Positions 12,501 to 23,192 of a stretch of 64,000 nt of DNA are shown piece by piece. A program made the position numbers and the translations under genes. The notes under the pieces were generated by a model. The model worked only from the letters and a program-made list of their open reading frames with translations, was not told the DNA's origin and did not search any database. Source of the DNA: Phoronis australis (taxonomy: Eukaryota; Animalia; Phoronida); the NCBI GenBank assembly GCA_002633005.1, contig NMRA01000219.1, forward strand, positions 119,236 through 183,235. Reading direction: 5' to 3'. Numbering within the stretch: the stretch's first letter is position 1; each line of letters starts with the position of its first letter.

Positions 12501-15500
12501 AGATACTATGTATCAATTACAAAATTTATTAGATATGCTGGCTGGATCAACTATAACGGAAATGGAATAATTTGATAACACATTAATATGTACATATTAA
12601 ACGGGCATGGAAATAAAGATAACAAACATTTTTAAGTCTGGTCTGCATGCCACCTATTGGCCACATCAGTGGTATGTCTTTTTGGAACAATTGGTAAGGC
12701 AATGACGGATTTGTGAAATTTTTAACATTTAATATTTGAATTCAACTCAAAAGCATAGAAATCATACCCGTTTGGCATTTCTGTGACAAAGTGATAGAAT
12801 GGATTTTTGATTAGTGGAGATTCATAATTTGTCACACCTCAAAATATTTAAATTGTCACAGGGAAGTTTCAATTGTCACATGTCACATGTTTCAATTGTC
12901 GTTTTTTGCATGAGGAAGTCGCACCAACTTTGCTCTTGTCATGTATGCGAGACACAATATTTGTCAGTGGTAACAACGAAGTGAATAATTTTACAATTTG
13001 TGAAAAAGGAACCACCACTTGATGCAGCATAAAATGACTGTAACCTAACAAAACAGTAACACTATTTGACTAACACATTTCGTTATAGAATTTTCAAAAA
13101 GTCATAAAATTTCAGGCAAGCAAGCTTTGTCACAGAATGTCACCATGTCCCAAGGAACCCATTCTCTGATATACAATTATCAAGTGCTCTTGCAAAAACA
13201 GCGCGTGACTCCTGACAATTGATGGCACTTACAAACTGTGTTACACTTACGTTTATTTGTAGAGGTGTCAGTCGACTGATACCTGGCGACAGCTCCACCT
13301 ATGGCTGGTCGCCTCACAACTGAAATAGAAATGGAAATACACAGCTCCTCCAGTCTCTCAATTTAAGGGAAATTACACATTTTATTCTTTTAACCGATCT
13401 AGTCGATATTCAAGTAAAGCCCAAAACTGATTGTTTACGCCATGTTCATTTATCCCCATTGTTTACTTGAATTACTAATAATTAAGGAATTAATCTGTTT
13501 TTTTTGCTTCTCACTCAAGTTGTTAGTTCTTGTTTTAAGAAATGATTCCTCGAGTAATACTTAGGAACTTCCTAGATAATTTCACCATCATCGGAAACAA
13601 TCAACAAATGGGTTCAGCCGGAGTGTTCGAAGACAAGTACCAGTAAAAGGGCCACATCTGCCGTCTGACAACGTAGTACGCCTACTGATACTATTGTGAC
13701 TGCTTGTGACATTGTCACTGAATTCATTCGATTTTTCCCCAATTCTGATCGCTGTGTCTACATGTATGCATAGAGCATATGAGCAAAAATAATTTTTAAA
13801 AACACTCTGAGCTATGCACAAGTAAGTACCACGCATAAACTATGGTATATGGTACCATGCATAGACCACCGTATATGGTACCACGCATAAGCCACAGTAT
13901 ATGGTATTGTAATAAGCTGACGTTATTTCAAATTCACATTCCAACAACTGAAATGATGTCATCTTCATGTTCTCCTTTAAGTGGAATGTTAGAAGTTATG
14001 AGAGAAAATAGTGTTAATTCAATGTCTGCTGATAATTTATCATCAATACTCAATTACATTACATAGGTGTGTCTAATGATTTTTGCATCATATTTATCAA
14101 ATGGTGTAAGGATCGAAGTGTGGGCATTTTAGAGCAAGCTAATCTAGTATAAATCATAGTGTGAGGAAACAGCTTTGGCTGGCACTCCTCAGTTTAAATA
14201 CTATTACCATTAAACTCAATGTGTTAATGGAAGGATTATAATTACCATAACTAACAACAGATTGCAAGCTGTTAGCACAATAAGTTTTGAAATATGATTA
14301 GAACTAGAGACGCGTAAATAACTTGAATAACATGTAATATTGAAAAAATGCAAATAAATTTGAGTTTAAACATTTTTAAATGTATGTTCTAACTCTGTAC
14401 ATCCTAACTTCAGATTCCCACATACATTTCGCATGTAGCAATCGAGATTTCAATGCATGCTTCCAGCTTCAAACCATCAATTTAAGGGCTACACTCTAGA
14501 AATGTGTGTACGTCTAGGCTATTCAATCTTTATAAGTGAAGCACAGACAAGAATCAATCAATTATAATTGTTTGGTCACAGCTCACACTCACAGTTCATG
14601 TCATCTGTATTTTACATTTATTACATAACAGTGGTCCCACCCTGTATTTTACATTTATTACATAACAGTGGTCCCACCCTGTATTTTACATTTATTACAA
14701 AACAGTGGTCCCACCCTGTATTTTACATACATAACAGTGGTCCCACCATGTATTAACTAACTAATTAATATTTTGCATTTATATAGGGTCAAGTGTTGAA
14801 ACCAAAACATTAACATAAGGTAAAACCTTTTATACCACAATATCAGCCTCGAATGGCCAATACAACCGTGTAATAACCCATTTAGTAATCTCATTAGTGA
14901 GATAACATTTTGGCGGGAACCGAGGTCGGTTTCGAACCAGGGCCTCAAGCGTTTCGGGTCGTCGACTTTACCACTGCACCACTCAGCGGTTGACGTCATC
15001 GAATGTGAAAATAGAATACTTAAATGAGCACGCGCAACAATCGCATGTTCAACAAAGGGCATTGTACCGACATTTATACGCTATGAAAAATAAGACACAT
15101 AATTTCCATAAAAACAATATTTTAATTCAGAGAAATTTTTCTCTCGTGTTCTCTCACTTGCAAATCATCGATCTCCAATTTGAATGCGGATATCGTGTTG
15201 TCGGGATCCTTTGACTTGAGTATTATACTCAGTTACCAGTGGTAACCTTTAGCAGACGATATTTTCACGGTCGAAGCTTGGCGTGATAAAATGTGAAGTA
15301 AGCTATAATAGTTGCTAAACCTTAATGTTGCTCTGACAGCAAGTTTTTTACTTGGCGGAATTCTTCCGCCAAGTATGTTGCTCTGACAGCAAGTTTTTTT
15401 TTTTTTTTTTTGTTTGTTCGCTCTCTACAGGTCGCAATTCTGGTCAGATTTTCACGAAATTTGCACACAACATGTAGATCGGGAATCACTGGAACGCTAT

Positions 15501-17458
15501 TGTTTTTGGTCATGATCGGATACAAAATGGCGGACGTGGCGGCCATTTTGTATCCAATTTCACAGTCAAATACTCGTAGAGGCCGCATTTTTCGACCTAC
15601 ATAGCTGAAAATCGGTACGAATATACTACAACGCATGTGCTACAATTGTGCAGAAAATCGTTGACTTCCGGTTAAAGATGGCGGAAATATTGGACGTGGC
15701 GCATGCGCACCCCGAAATATGGCTAAAAACGTTTTCTCCTGTAGAGGGCGCAATTGCAAACCAATCACTTTCAAACTGGTCACGTGTTTGTTGAGTTTAA
15801 TAAGNNNNNNNNNNNNNNNNNNNNNNNNNNNNNNNNNNNNNNNNNNNNNNNNNNNNNNNNNNNNNNNNNNNNNNNNNNNNNNNNNNNNNNNNNNNNNNNN
15901 NNNNNNNNNNNNNNNNNNNNNNNNNNNNNNNNNNNNNNNNNNNNNNNNNNNNNNNNNNNNNNNNNNNNNNNNNNNNNNNNNNNNNNNNNNNNNNNNNNNN
16001 NNNNNNNNNNNNNNNNNNNNNNNNNNNNNNNNNNNNNNNNNNNNNNNNNNNNNNNNNNNNNNNNNNNNNNNNNNNNNNNNNNNNNNNNNNNNNNNNNNNN
16101 NNNNNNNNNNNNNNNNNNNNNNNNNNNNNNNNNNNNNNNNNNNNNNNNNNNNNNNNNNNNNNNNNNNNNNNNNNNNNNNNNNNNNNNNNNNNNNNNNNNN
16201 NNNNNNNNNNNNNNNNNNNNNTTGGTTATGCCTAGTTGACCCAGACTGACCCAGCCAGCACTGTCGTACTGTAAAGCATGGCTCGTCCGTCATGTTGCGC
16301 CATCTATTGTTCTTTATTGTAGTTGATTGTATGCTCTCTATTTGATTTTTTCGCTAGTCACATGAATGTTATCGTGTTTGACAAACTAACACTTTAGATA
16401 GAGTTTTGAACGGGCTTTCATTTATAGATTAACTTTACTTCTATTTTGCTTAAATTTTCAATTGGTTTTGAGTAAAAGCATTATTTGACAAAAATAGCTC
16501 AGCTTTTTTAAAAGGTCACGACCTCCGACCCCGGGCCTCTGACATAGAAAGTAGTTACAAAGCCGAGGCAAGTTGAGAAAGGTAGATCGATTCATTGCAA
16601 TGTTTCTCGGGTGATAATTCTCCAAAATCCACTCAGGCTCTAGAACAAGGGGGATAACGACTTCGCCATGTAATAATCTATATTTAATTTTCAGTGCGAA
16701 CAATTTTCTAACTGTATTTTCACACAAAAGATGGACTGTGACTTTCTGTAACCATTAATAAAACATTAACCTTTCTCGATCACAAATGCCAGGCACAAGC
16801 AAATGTATATGATCAAACTTTACAGAGTTTTCCATTTACATTTCAGTACCAGCAACGTGCATCGGCTGAACTTCACAATTTCAAAATTCAAGCAAATTTG
16901 ACAATAAAAATATAAAAAATCATGTTTTGAATTGTATAATTGTTTTAGAAACCTCCTTCAAAACAAGCTTGATATATGCTAAACATAAGATCTATTTTAA
17001 GAACGGTAACGGCATACTTGTGCGCAACAAGGTATGAATGTATGATCAAGGAAAGCCAAGAAGCCAAGAGTCTAGACAATGTCTAGGCACCGTCTACAGT
17101 ATATCTTGAGCAGCAAGTGAACAATTTAGGCACCGACAAAGTCTGTCCATTAGCAAATAGGACTCGACATTTGGAGCAGCAGGTCGGGTGCGGGAGTACC
17201 CACTCTTGTGATTACCCATCCGTGTTGCCTAAGACCAAGGCAGCCATGGCATAGCGAGATAGCGTCGAACGGTCGACATGGTCAAGAACGGACAAATATG
17301 TGGGGAAATTTGCAAGATTTATCGTCTTAAATTTACTTGGAACGTTGCAAATTGTTAGGAGTCACTCTAAACATTGAGAACAAAACACGGGACGTACCAT
17401 TCTGCCGCAATAACGAGACCACAGCGGGACGAATTATTCTTCGCAAACTAGCCGCCAT
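9589..17458 (-). CDS. NDUFS3: NADH:ubiquinone oxidoreductase core subunit S3 (complex I 30-kDa subunit), 6 coding exons, 262 aa
   Basis: Exons 17458-17398, 13319-13251, 12466-12219, 11015-10890, 10462-10343 and 9753-9589 are all GT-AG and phase-compatible (789 nt). Arg-rich presequence [19 protein letters not shown]; signature [58 protein letters not shown]. Confidence 0.97.
9921..10184. mobile_element. Foldback (palindromic) element built from a tRNA-derived SINE
   Basis: Imperfect inverted arms of about 90-120 bp (9921-10040 vs 10092-10184) enclose a tRNA 3' half with a TCTGC/GCAGA anticodon-like stem and B-box-like GGTTTGAGTCC. A nested perfect 18-bp stem lies at 9958-9975/9985-10002. Confidence 0.7.
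13826..13906. repeat. Short degenerate tandem repeat (about 26 bp x 3)
   Basis: GTACCACGCATAAnnnnnnGTATATG is repeated three times. Confidence 0.7.
14605..14754. repeat. 37-bp minisatellite, about 4 copies
   Basis: Unit CTGTATTTTACATTTATTACATAACAGTGGTCCCACC at 14605, 14642, 14679 and 14716 (last copy with a short deletion). Confidence 0.9.
14911..14990 (-). mobile_element. tRNA-derived Pol III head (SINE-like / tRNA pseudogene)
   Basis: The minus strand has A box TGGTGCAGTGG and B box GGTTCGAAACC at tRNA-like spacing. The anticodon arm does not pair, so it is not called as a functional tRNA. Confidence 0.6.
15326..15804. mobile_element. Helentron-associated (HINE/DINE-1-like) non-autonomous element, truncated by an assembly gap
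   Basis: Terminal hairpin ACTTGGCGGAA-TTC-TTCCGCCAAGT next to a T-run, followed by a poly-T/TTTG microsatellite and core motifs such as CAAAATGGCGG...CGGCCATTTTG and GAAATTTGCACACA. Confidence 0.55.
15805..16221. other. Assembly gap (417 N)
   Basis: Run of N within NDUFS3 intron 1. Confidence 1.
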
Positions 17459-17462
17459 CTTG
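17451..17462 (-). promoter_or_regulatory. YY1-type motif overlapping the NDUFS3 start codon
   Basis: The minus strand reads CAAGATGGCGGC, the YY1 consensus, which here coincides with ATG GCG GC of the CDS. Confidence 0.4.
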
Positions 17463-19202
17463 GTTTGTTCAGAACCGTGTTGAAAGTTTACTCTTAGCTA
17501 CGATTGAGCCTTTTCTGTTTTGGCCTCTGTGCCCATGCGCCGGTCTGCCGGAAAATGAAATTTCGCCAAAGCAGTCTTGTTTTTTTTTTTGCAAATAGTA
17601 AAAACGACAAGAAACGCAAGCACATTTGCGTTGTGTGACACACTTCATTTGATTATTTCGAGTGGGTTTGGTGAATAACAATGAACATTAGCATGCATGA
17701 TGGTAGTGAATAGAATAGTCTCGGAGGCCGCAGCTAAGTAGGTATAGGCTACGTTGACGGATCCGTGTTGAAAGAAATTTGATGTACAGATGAAATAACA
17801 CATAAACAGATGGAACAAAACATGTGGTTAACATAATAATAAATAAGTACCGAAATGAGTTACAAACATATTTTACCTGGTCACTGTTACACACAAAATG
17901 CATAATCGACACTGCGACGGTGAGTACCGGGGACCTCCGAGTCGGCCGGGCATTGTCACGCAGGCAGCCCGACCCAATTTGAGTTGTCAGGGTGTTTGGT
18001 TGAACATTCGGGTCATTATGAAGTTTGAATGTCTATTTGCCACCATTCAAAAACGCATAGCTAGAATAAGCCCAGCCCGGGGGGCTTGGGGCCGGGCCAC
18101 GGGCCGCCCGGGGGGTCAAGGGCCGCGTATTGATCCGGCCAGAGTCGCGGGCTAGCCCAGTACGGCCGGCCGAGCCTAGTAGGCCTAGTTGTTATCATGT
18201 TGTAGTGGCAGTATAGTGGCGTCAGCCTGCTTCAGTACAGTGCTGAATCAGACACTGATGCATAGCCGGTTTTCGCAGGGAATTGCCGGCCGGGCGCGGC
18301 CGCGGCGAGAGCATTGCGGAACTCCCGGCTCCCAAACTTAAGTGAATTCCGCCCGGCAACCGTGACCATACCTCTAGTTAGGGGGCACTGAAGACCATTG
18401 AGATATTACTAGTTAGCACTGATGATGACGGCAACATATCCCGTTGCTCCCAACTTCTTCAGTCGACGGCCCACTAGAACAACAAGTTGGGGAGTTCACC
18501 AATATCTTTCACGACTGATTAACTCCATTCTGGCATTTATGGTTGGAGGGCCTGCGCTCTTTTGTCGGTTCGATAATTGCTCTGATCTCCGATCAGATCG
18601 TATCTAATAGCCTGAAGTGGGTTGGGCTGATATTAAAAAATCAAAGTTAAGTTATGCCATTTGAGCTTAAACCACTGAGTAGCATTCCTCGTCAAATGCT
18701 GATGAGTGTTCCGTTTTTGAATCACCAGAATCGCCCAACTATACAACAGAATTTAAGACAAATCTATTCTGCCCAAGCGCGGATTACCAACACACGGGTT
18801 TGTTCTGAATACGCGTTGGCGGTAATAGCGTGCAACCACCATACGTTTCCCGTTTGAAGCCTGTGAGATAATTGGCCTGCTTCGCTAGTATCATACGGGA
18901 CAAAAGATTGAGCTTGGCACAGTTAAACAAAAGAGCCAGATGTTATCGCACGTTCTGCACCCCTCACGTCTGGAAAAGTTACTGAACGAAAGAATGCTGT
19001 CATGCTCTTTTGTCTGGTTTGGCAAATAAGTCATGGCTCTCCAGCAAGTCTCAGTTTTCCCGAGCAGCGGATTATGATGGCAAAGCCGGCCAATGCAACC
19101 TGTATCGCAACAGGCGGAAACGGCACGACTTCGTCACGGGCACTGCGTCGTGAAAGTTCCCGTAATGAAGAATGGTAAACTTCAAAAATTGGAATATTAT
19201 TA

Positions 19203-19609
19203 CACGGATTTTCCGTAGATAAGCACACCCGATGAAACGCCCATATTTAGTTGTAGGCGTTTATTCGGAAAATATAGCCCATGGGCGTGTATTTGGTGTT
19301 TCAACTTCTGGTGTCAAATGTCCAAATAGTACGGGGTGTATATTTGGAAAATTTCCTCTTAAAGCCCAATCAGCGTCAACTTTTTGTTACAAATTCAGTT
19401 TTGTGGAGCAAAAAACGAACAAGTTGTTGACGAACTATGCATTTTTAAACACAATTTTAAGTATTGCTAAAGTCGGCAAAACTATGACCCCGTTCAAAAT
19501 CCCACCTTTTCCGAATAAATACAAGGGCGTTTATTTGGTGTTCCAAAAATGTCTAAAAATTTTCATTTTCCTAATACACGCCCTTGGGCTTATCTACGGA
19601 AAGTCCCGA
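19203..19609 (+). mobile_element. Tc1/mariner-type (pogo/Tc2-like) MITE, copy 1
   Basis: TA|CACGGATTTTCCGTAGATAAG ... CTTATCTACGGAAAGTCCCGA|TA; interior is colinear with 24894-25321. Confidence 0.8.
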
Positions 19610-20281
19610 TAGCAGTTTTACTGGCTAAAACGCTAGCGAAATCCTCATTCAAAAAGATGCAGCCACCTAGCTGTATTTAGTGACTGAAAGCAACTATACG
19701 TACAGTGTATTTACATTTCCACGAAAGCTATGGATAGGTCATAGGTCAGAATGTCTAAAATATTATCACGATGCACATTTGTCATTTATGTGGCTTGCGC
19801 TCTAAAATATTCCACGTGCACTTCACACCCGGCAGACAAATCGCTACCCGTTCAACCAACTCTTGTTTGTCCAAATGAATCGCAATATGAAACCGATACT
19901 GTTGCAACAAAATGGTTCGCCTGTGTACGAAACTGAACAGGCTAATGGATAAACGTCAAATGAAACCGATTATACCGACTCGGGTGTATTTTCGGAAAGG
20001 GGGAGGGGTCAAAAATTTTATGCGGTTTTGTTGAACAAATATTAGTGATTTTTGCCCTTTTTAATGTATGTAATTGTATCTTACTGGTAATAATTTTATT
20101 CTTACATACTCATTTCGCATTCGGCAAACACGGTTAGTTGAAATTAAAATTGTCTTTCATAACCTAAGTTACCAACAAAACGAACAAATATCTCGTTAAA
20201 TGATAGACATTTTAGCGAAATCGCGACCCTCAAAATATGTGTTGCCAAAATAAAGCTTTACTTCAAAACACATTACATACG

Positions 20282-20402
20282 CATGGGCGGCACAGCACTA
20301 AAATAAGTGGGGGCTATGCAACCCCCCCCCCCCCCCCCCCCNNNNNNNNNNNNNNNGCAACCCCCCCCCCCCGCCCCAGCCACCTATGGTGCGCCGCCCA
20401 TG
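20282..20402. mobile_element. Small hAT-like MITE with 5-bp TSD (contains a 15-N gap)
   Basis: TIRs CATGGGCGGC ... GCCGCCCATG, flanked on both sides by ATACG (20277-20281 and 20403-20407). Confidence 0.7.
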
Positions 20403-20585
20403 ATACGGGTTATAGAACGAGTCCTACAGATTTTCAAGACATGCGAACAGTTACCGAAAATACACACATGGTTGTACTTTTTGAACATTTTCCGAAAATA
20501 CTCCAATGGGTGTACTTGGCATTTGACGTTTACGATTGATGACGTCGAACTATTCGTGACGTATTCATTTCACATATTTTGCAAA

Positions 20586-23192
20586 ATGAATCCGGGAATG
20601 GCCTACAGTCGAGTCATTTGGGACTTGATGAAAGTTGCGATATTTTGGTTCAAAGACTTTATTTTGCAAATTGTGCTGAGAACGACCGAGAAAGTTTTCT
20701 TTGTCACTAGGAAATTTCCGCACATTGTGACTTTTGGCAACAAAGACGCCTCTGGAACCACGGCAGTGAATGACAAGTCGTCAGGAGACGCATCTGACGC
20801 GTCTAAACCTGTTCAGAAAGCAAAAGTTGACACTAAATTAATGGGCTCTTATGTTAGGTGTGTATCAGATTTGTGTAGTCTTCTTGTCATAGCATCACGC
20901 CGCAAAAAGGCCAACGCTGTCTGCAAATTAACGGACCTCGGTGAGCATGTCACAGAGTGTGAAGTCGAGTGCAAAATTGGATTTTCGACAAGCATCTACA
21001 AAGAAGATGCTAAATGTGAAAGAAACACTTCAGAGGAAATGTCAAAGATTTCCCCAGACAACGACGAGAAAGTAATAAAACAGAATATTCATGAAAATAC
21101 GGATCTGAAAAATGTACAGAAAGATCCAATTGACGACCCTGATGTTGAAGGGAGAGAAGTCGTGCTATTGAAAGGTAGAAACAAACCAGGCAACGTCGAA
21201 AATGTTCAACAAGAAGTCACTCAACCGTCAGGTACCACTTGGATCGCTGATGATGCTTATAGTAAGGAAAACGCCCTGACATCCGAAAGCAAACGCGTTC
21301 AAAATGACCACTTAGAAGACGCCACATTGTCTGATTTCACTAAGACAATTGATTCTACAGTTTCGGATGAAGTTTATCCCATTTCCACAAAGAAAGATGG
21401 GATGCGGAAGATTAATGACCATCAAAAGACGAACCTCCCAAATTTAATGAAAAAGCCAATTGGTGATCCTGATGACGGAGAGAGAAATGCCCTGAAATTG
21501 ACTGGTAGTAACAAACTAGGCGACGTTGACAATATTCTACAGGAAGTTATCCAACCGTCAGATATCACTGGGTCTACAGTTTCGGAGGAAGTGTACCCCT
21601 ATTTAACAGAGAAATATGAGAAGGTCAAGAACAGTATGCATGAGAATACACATCTGCCATATGTAGACACACAGATTATTGGTAACCCTGATGTCAGTGG
21701 TAAAGAAGTAGCGGAATTGGACGGTAGAAACAAACCAATCGATGTTGACGATGTTAGACAGGAAGTCATCCAGCCGTCAGATATCACTGGGTTCGCTGAT
21801 GTGGCTGATGGTATCGAGAAAGTTCTCAAATCCAAAAGTGAAAGCTTTAAAGGTCACCACTTTAAAGGAGCCACCAAGTCGACCGAATCTACAATTTCGA
21901 ATGAAATTTATCACATTTCCACAGACAAAGATGAGTTGGTGAAGAAGAATGTCCATAAAAAGACGGATCTACAAGAGTTACTGGCACGTCAAATCCCTTC
22001 TATTACACCCGAGGAAGAAAGTTGTTTCGAAGTACGAAATATTGAGGAAATTCCTGCAGACGCCAAACCTTGTGATATACATGGGTTGCCTTACGGTGCG
22101 ACGTTTTTGTCTGTTGAGACCATCCACCGTAGCTCTGCATGTATGATAGATACTGGAGGGAGAGAAGTCGATAATCTGGAAAGTAGAAACAAGCCAGGCG
22201 ACGTTCAAGATGCTCGACAGGAAGTCACTCGCTTGTCAAGTATTGCTCAGTTCACTGATAACGACGATAGTAAGGAAAAAGTCCTGAAATCCGACATCAC
22301 ACTGTCTGATTTCAATGATATGACTGAGCCTACAGTTTCCTGTGCGATTGGGGAAACTCTTAAACAGGGCACACGACGCTCTTCATCTGAGACTGTGTTC
22401 AACAAATTAGGCAGCGTCGAAGGTATAAGCCCAGAAGATGCAAATCTACAAAGCTTTGCCAAGTTGTCCCTAGATGCCATTTCTTCTCATACTGCAAATC
22501 TTTTAGAGTACACGTTTATAGCTGAAACTGATGAGAAGGACAAAATAAGATTTCACAGCGGTGATCTGCCGAACAACCGTGAAGATATGAGACTAGACGA
22601 CGTTAAACCCACTAGTGACACCACTTGGCCTCACAATCACATTTCGTTTGCGACGTTGCATTTTACAAAGAATATTGAAATGCCCGTAATCACTAAGGAT
22701 GAGATTAATGTCACAAATCCTCAAGCTAAGAACGAACCAAGGGCGATCGAGGATACTGGCCTAGAGGACCAAAGATCGTCTCCTTTTGCAACGTTGCCTC
22801 AGTATGATTTTTGTTCTGCTGCTGGGGATAATTCAACGGACACTGAATACGACAGGAAAAGTAAAACAAGATTGCAACTTAGCAACAAGACATACATCAC
22901 GGAGGACATTCGTTCAGAAGACGTCAATACGTTTGTGGATGTGCCTCTTGACGACGATTCTTCTGTTTCAGAGGACACCCAAAGTATTGGTGATTTTACG
23001 GATAAATCAAATATTTTAAAACGCGAAGGACTGTTCAAGCGTTTGAAATCCCGATTCAGACGAAGTCGTCACGTGGTCAAGGACGGTGCTACTTCCTCTT
23101 TGCAGACGCAAAGTTTCTACTCACGATGGCGGCATTTGATGTGTTGTAGTGCTTGTGAAGACGAGAACACCTATGTCAGATTGTACGGCTAA
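20586..23192 (+). CDS. Intronless uncharacterised acidic protein (868 aa) with four degenerate repeats of about 80-110 aa
   Basis: 2.6-kb uninterrupted ORF in AT-rich DNA. Repeats share the core D..G.E...L.GRNKP.DV....QEV.QPS and STVS.EVY.IST. The start is set at ATG 20586 because the longer predicted start lies in a MITE and crosses an N gap; the true start is uncertain. Confidence 0.75.
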   Translation: MNPGMAYSRVIWDLMKVAIFWFKDFILQIVLRTTEKVFFVTRKFPHIVTFGNKDASGTTAVNDKSSGDASDASKPVQKAKVDTKLMGSYVRCVSDLCSLLVIASRRKKANAVCKLTDLGEHVTECEVECKIGFSTSIYKEDAKCERNTSEEMSKISPDNDEKVIKQNIHENTDLKNVQKDPIDDPDVEGREVVLLKGRNKPGNVENVQQEVTQPSGTTWIADDAYSKENALTSESKRVQNDHLEDATLSDFTKTIDSTVSDEVYPISTKKDGMRKINDHQKTNLPNLMKKPIGDPDDGERNALKLTGSNKLGDVDNILQEVIQPSDITGSTVSEEVYPYLTEKYEKVKNSMHENTHLPYVDTQIIGNPDVSGKEVAELDGRNKPIDVDDVRQEVIQPSDITGFADVADGIEKVLKSKSESFKGHHFKGATKSTESTISNEIYHISTDKDELVKKNVHKKTDLQELLARQIPSITPEEESCFEVRNIEEIPADAKPCDIHGLPYGATFLSVETIHRSSACMIDTGGREVDNLESRNKPGDVQDARQEVTRLSSIAQFTDNDDSKEKVLKSDITLSDFNDMTEPTVSCAIGETLKQGTRRSSSETVFNKLGSVEGISPEDANLQSFAKLSLDAISSHTANLLEYTFIAETDEKDKIRFHSGDLPNNREDMRLDDVKPTSDTTWPHNHISFATLHFTKNIEMPVITKDEINVTNPQAKNEPRAIEDTGLEDQRSSPFATLPQYDFCSAAGDNSTDTEYDRKSKTRLQLSNKTYITEDIRSEDVNTFVDVPLDDDSSVSEDTQSIGDFTDKSNILKREGLFKRLKSRFRRSRHVVKDGATSSLQTQSFYSRWRHLMCCSACEDENTYVRLYG

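Noticed and set aside
15640-16293. 161-217-aa ORFs in the ORF track
   Set aside because: They consist mostly of the N gap.
20307-20585. Poly-Pro N-terminal extension of the 961-aa ORF
   Set aside because: It starts at GTG inside a MITE and crosses a 15-N gap, so the frame is not established.
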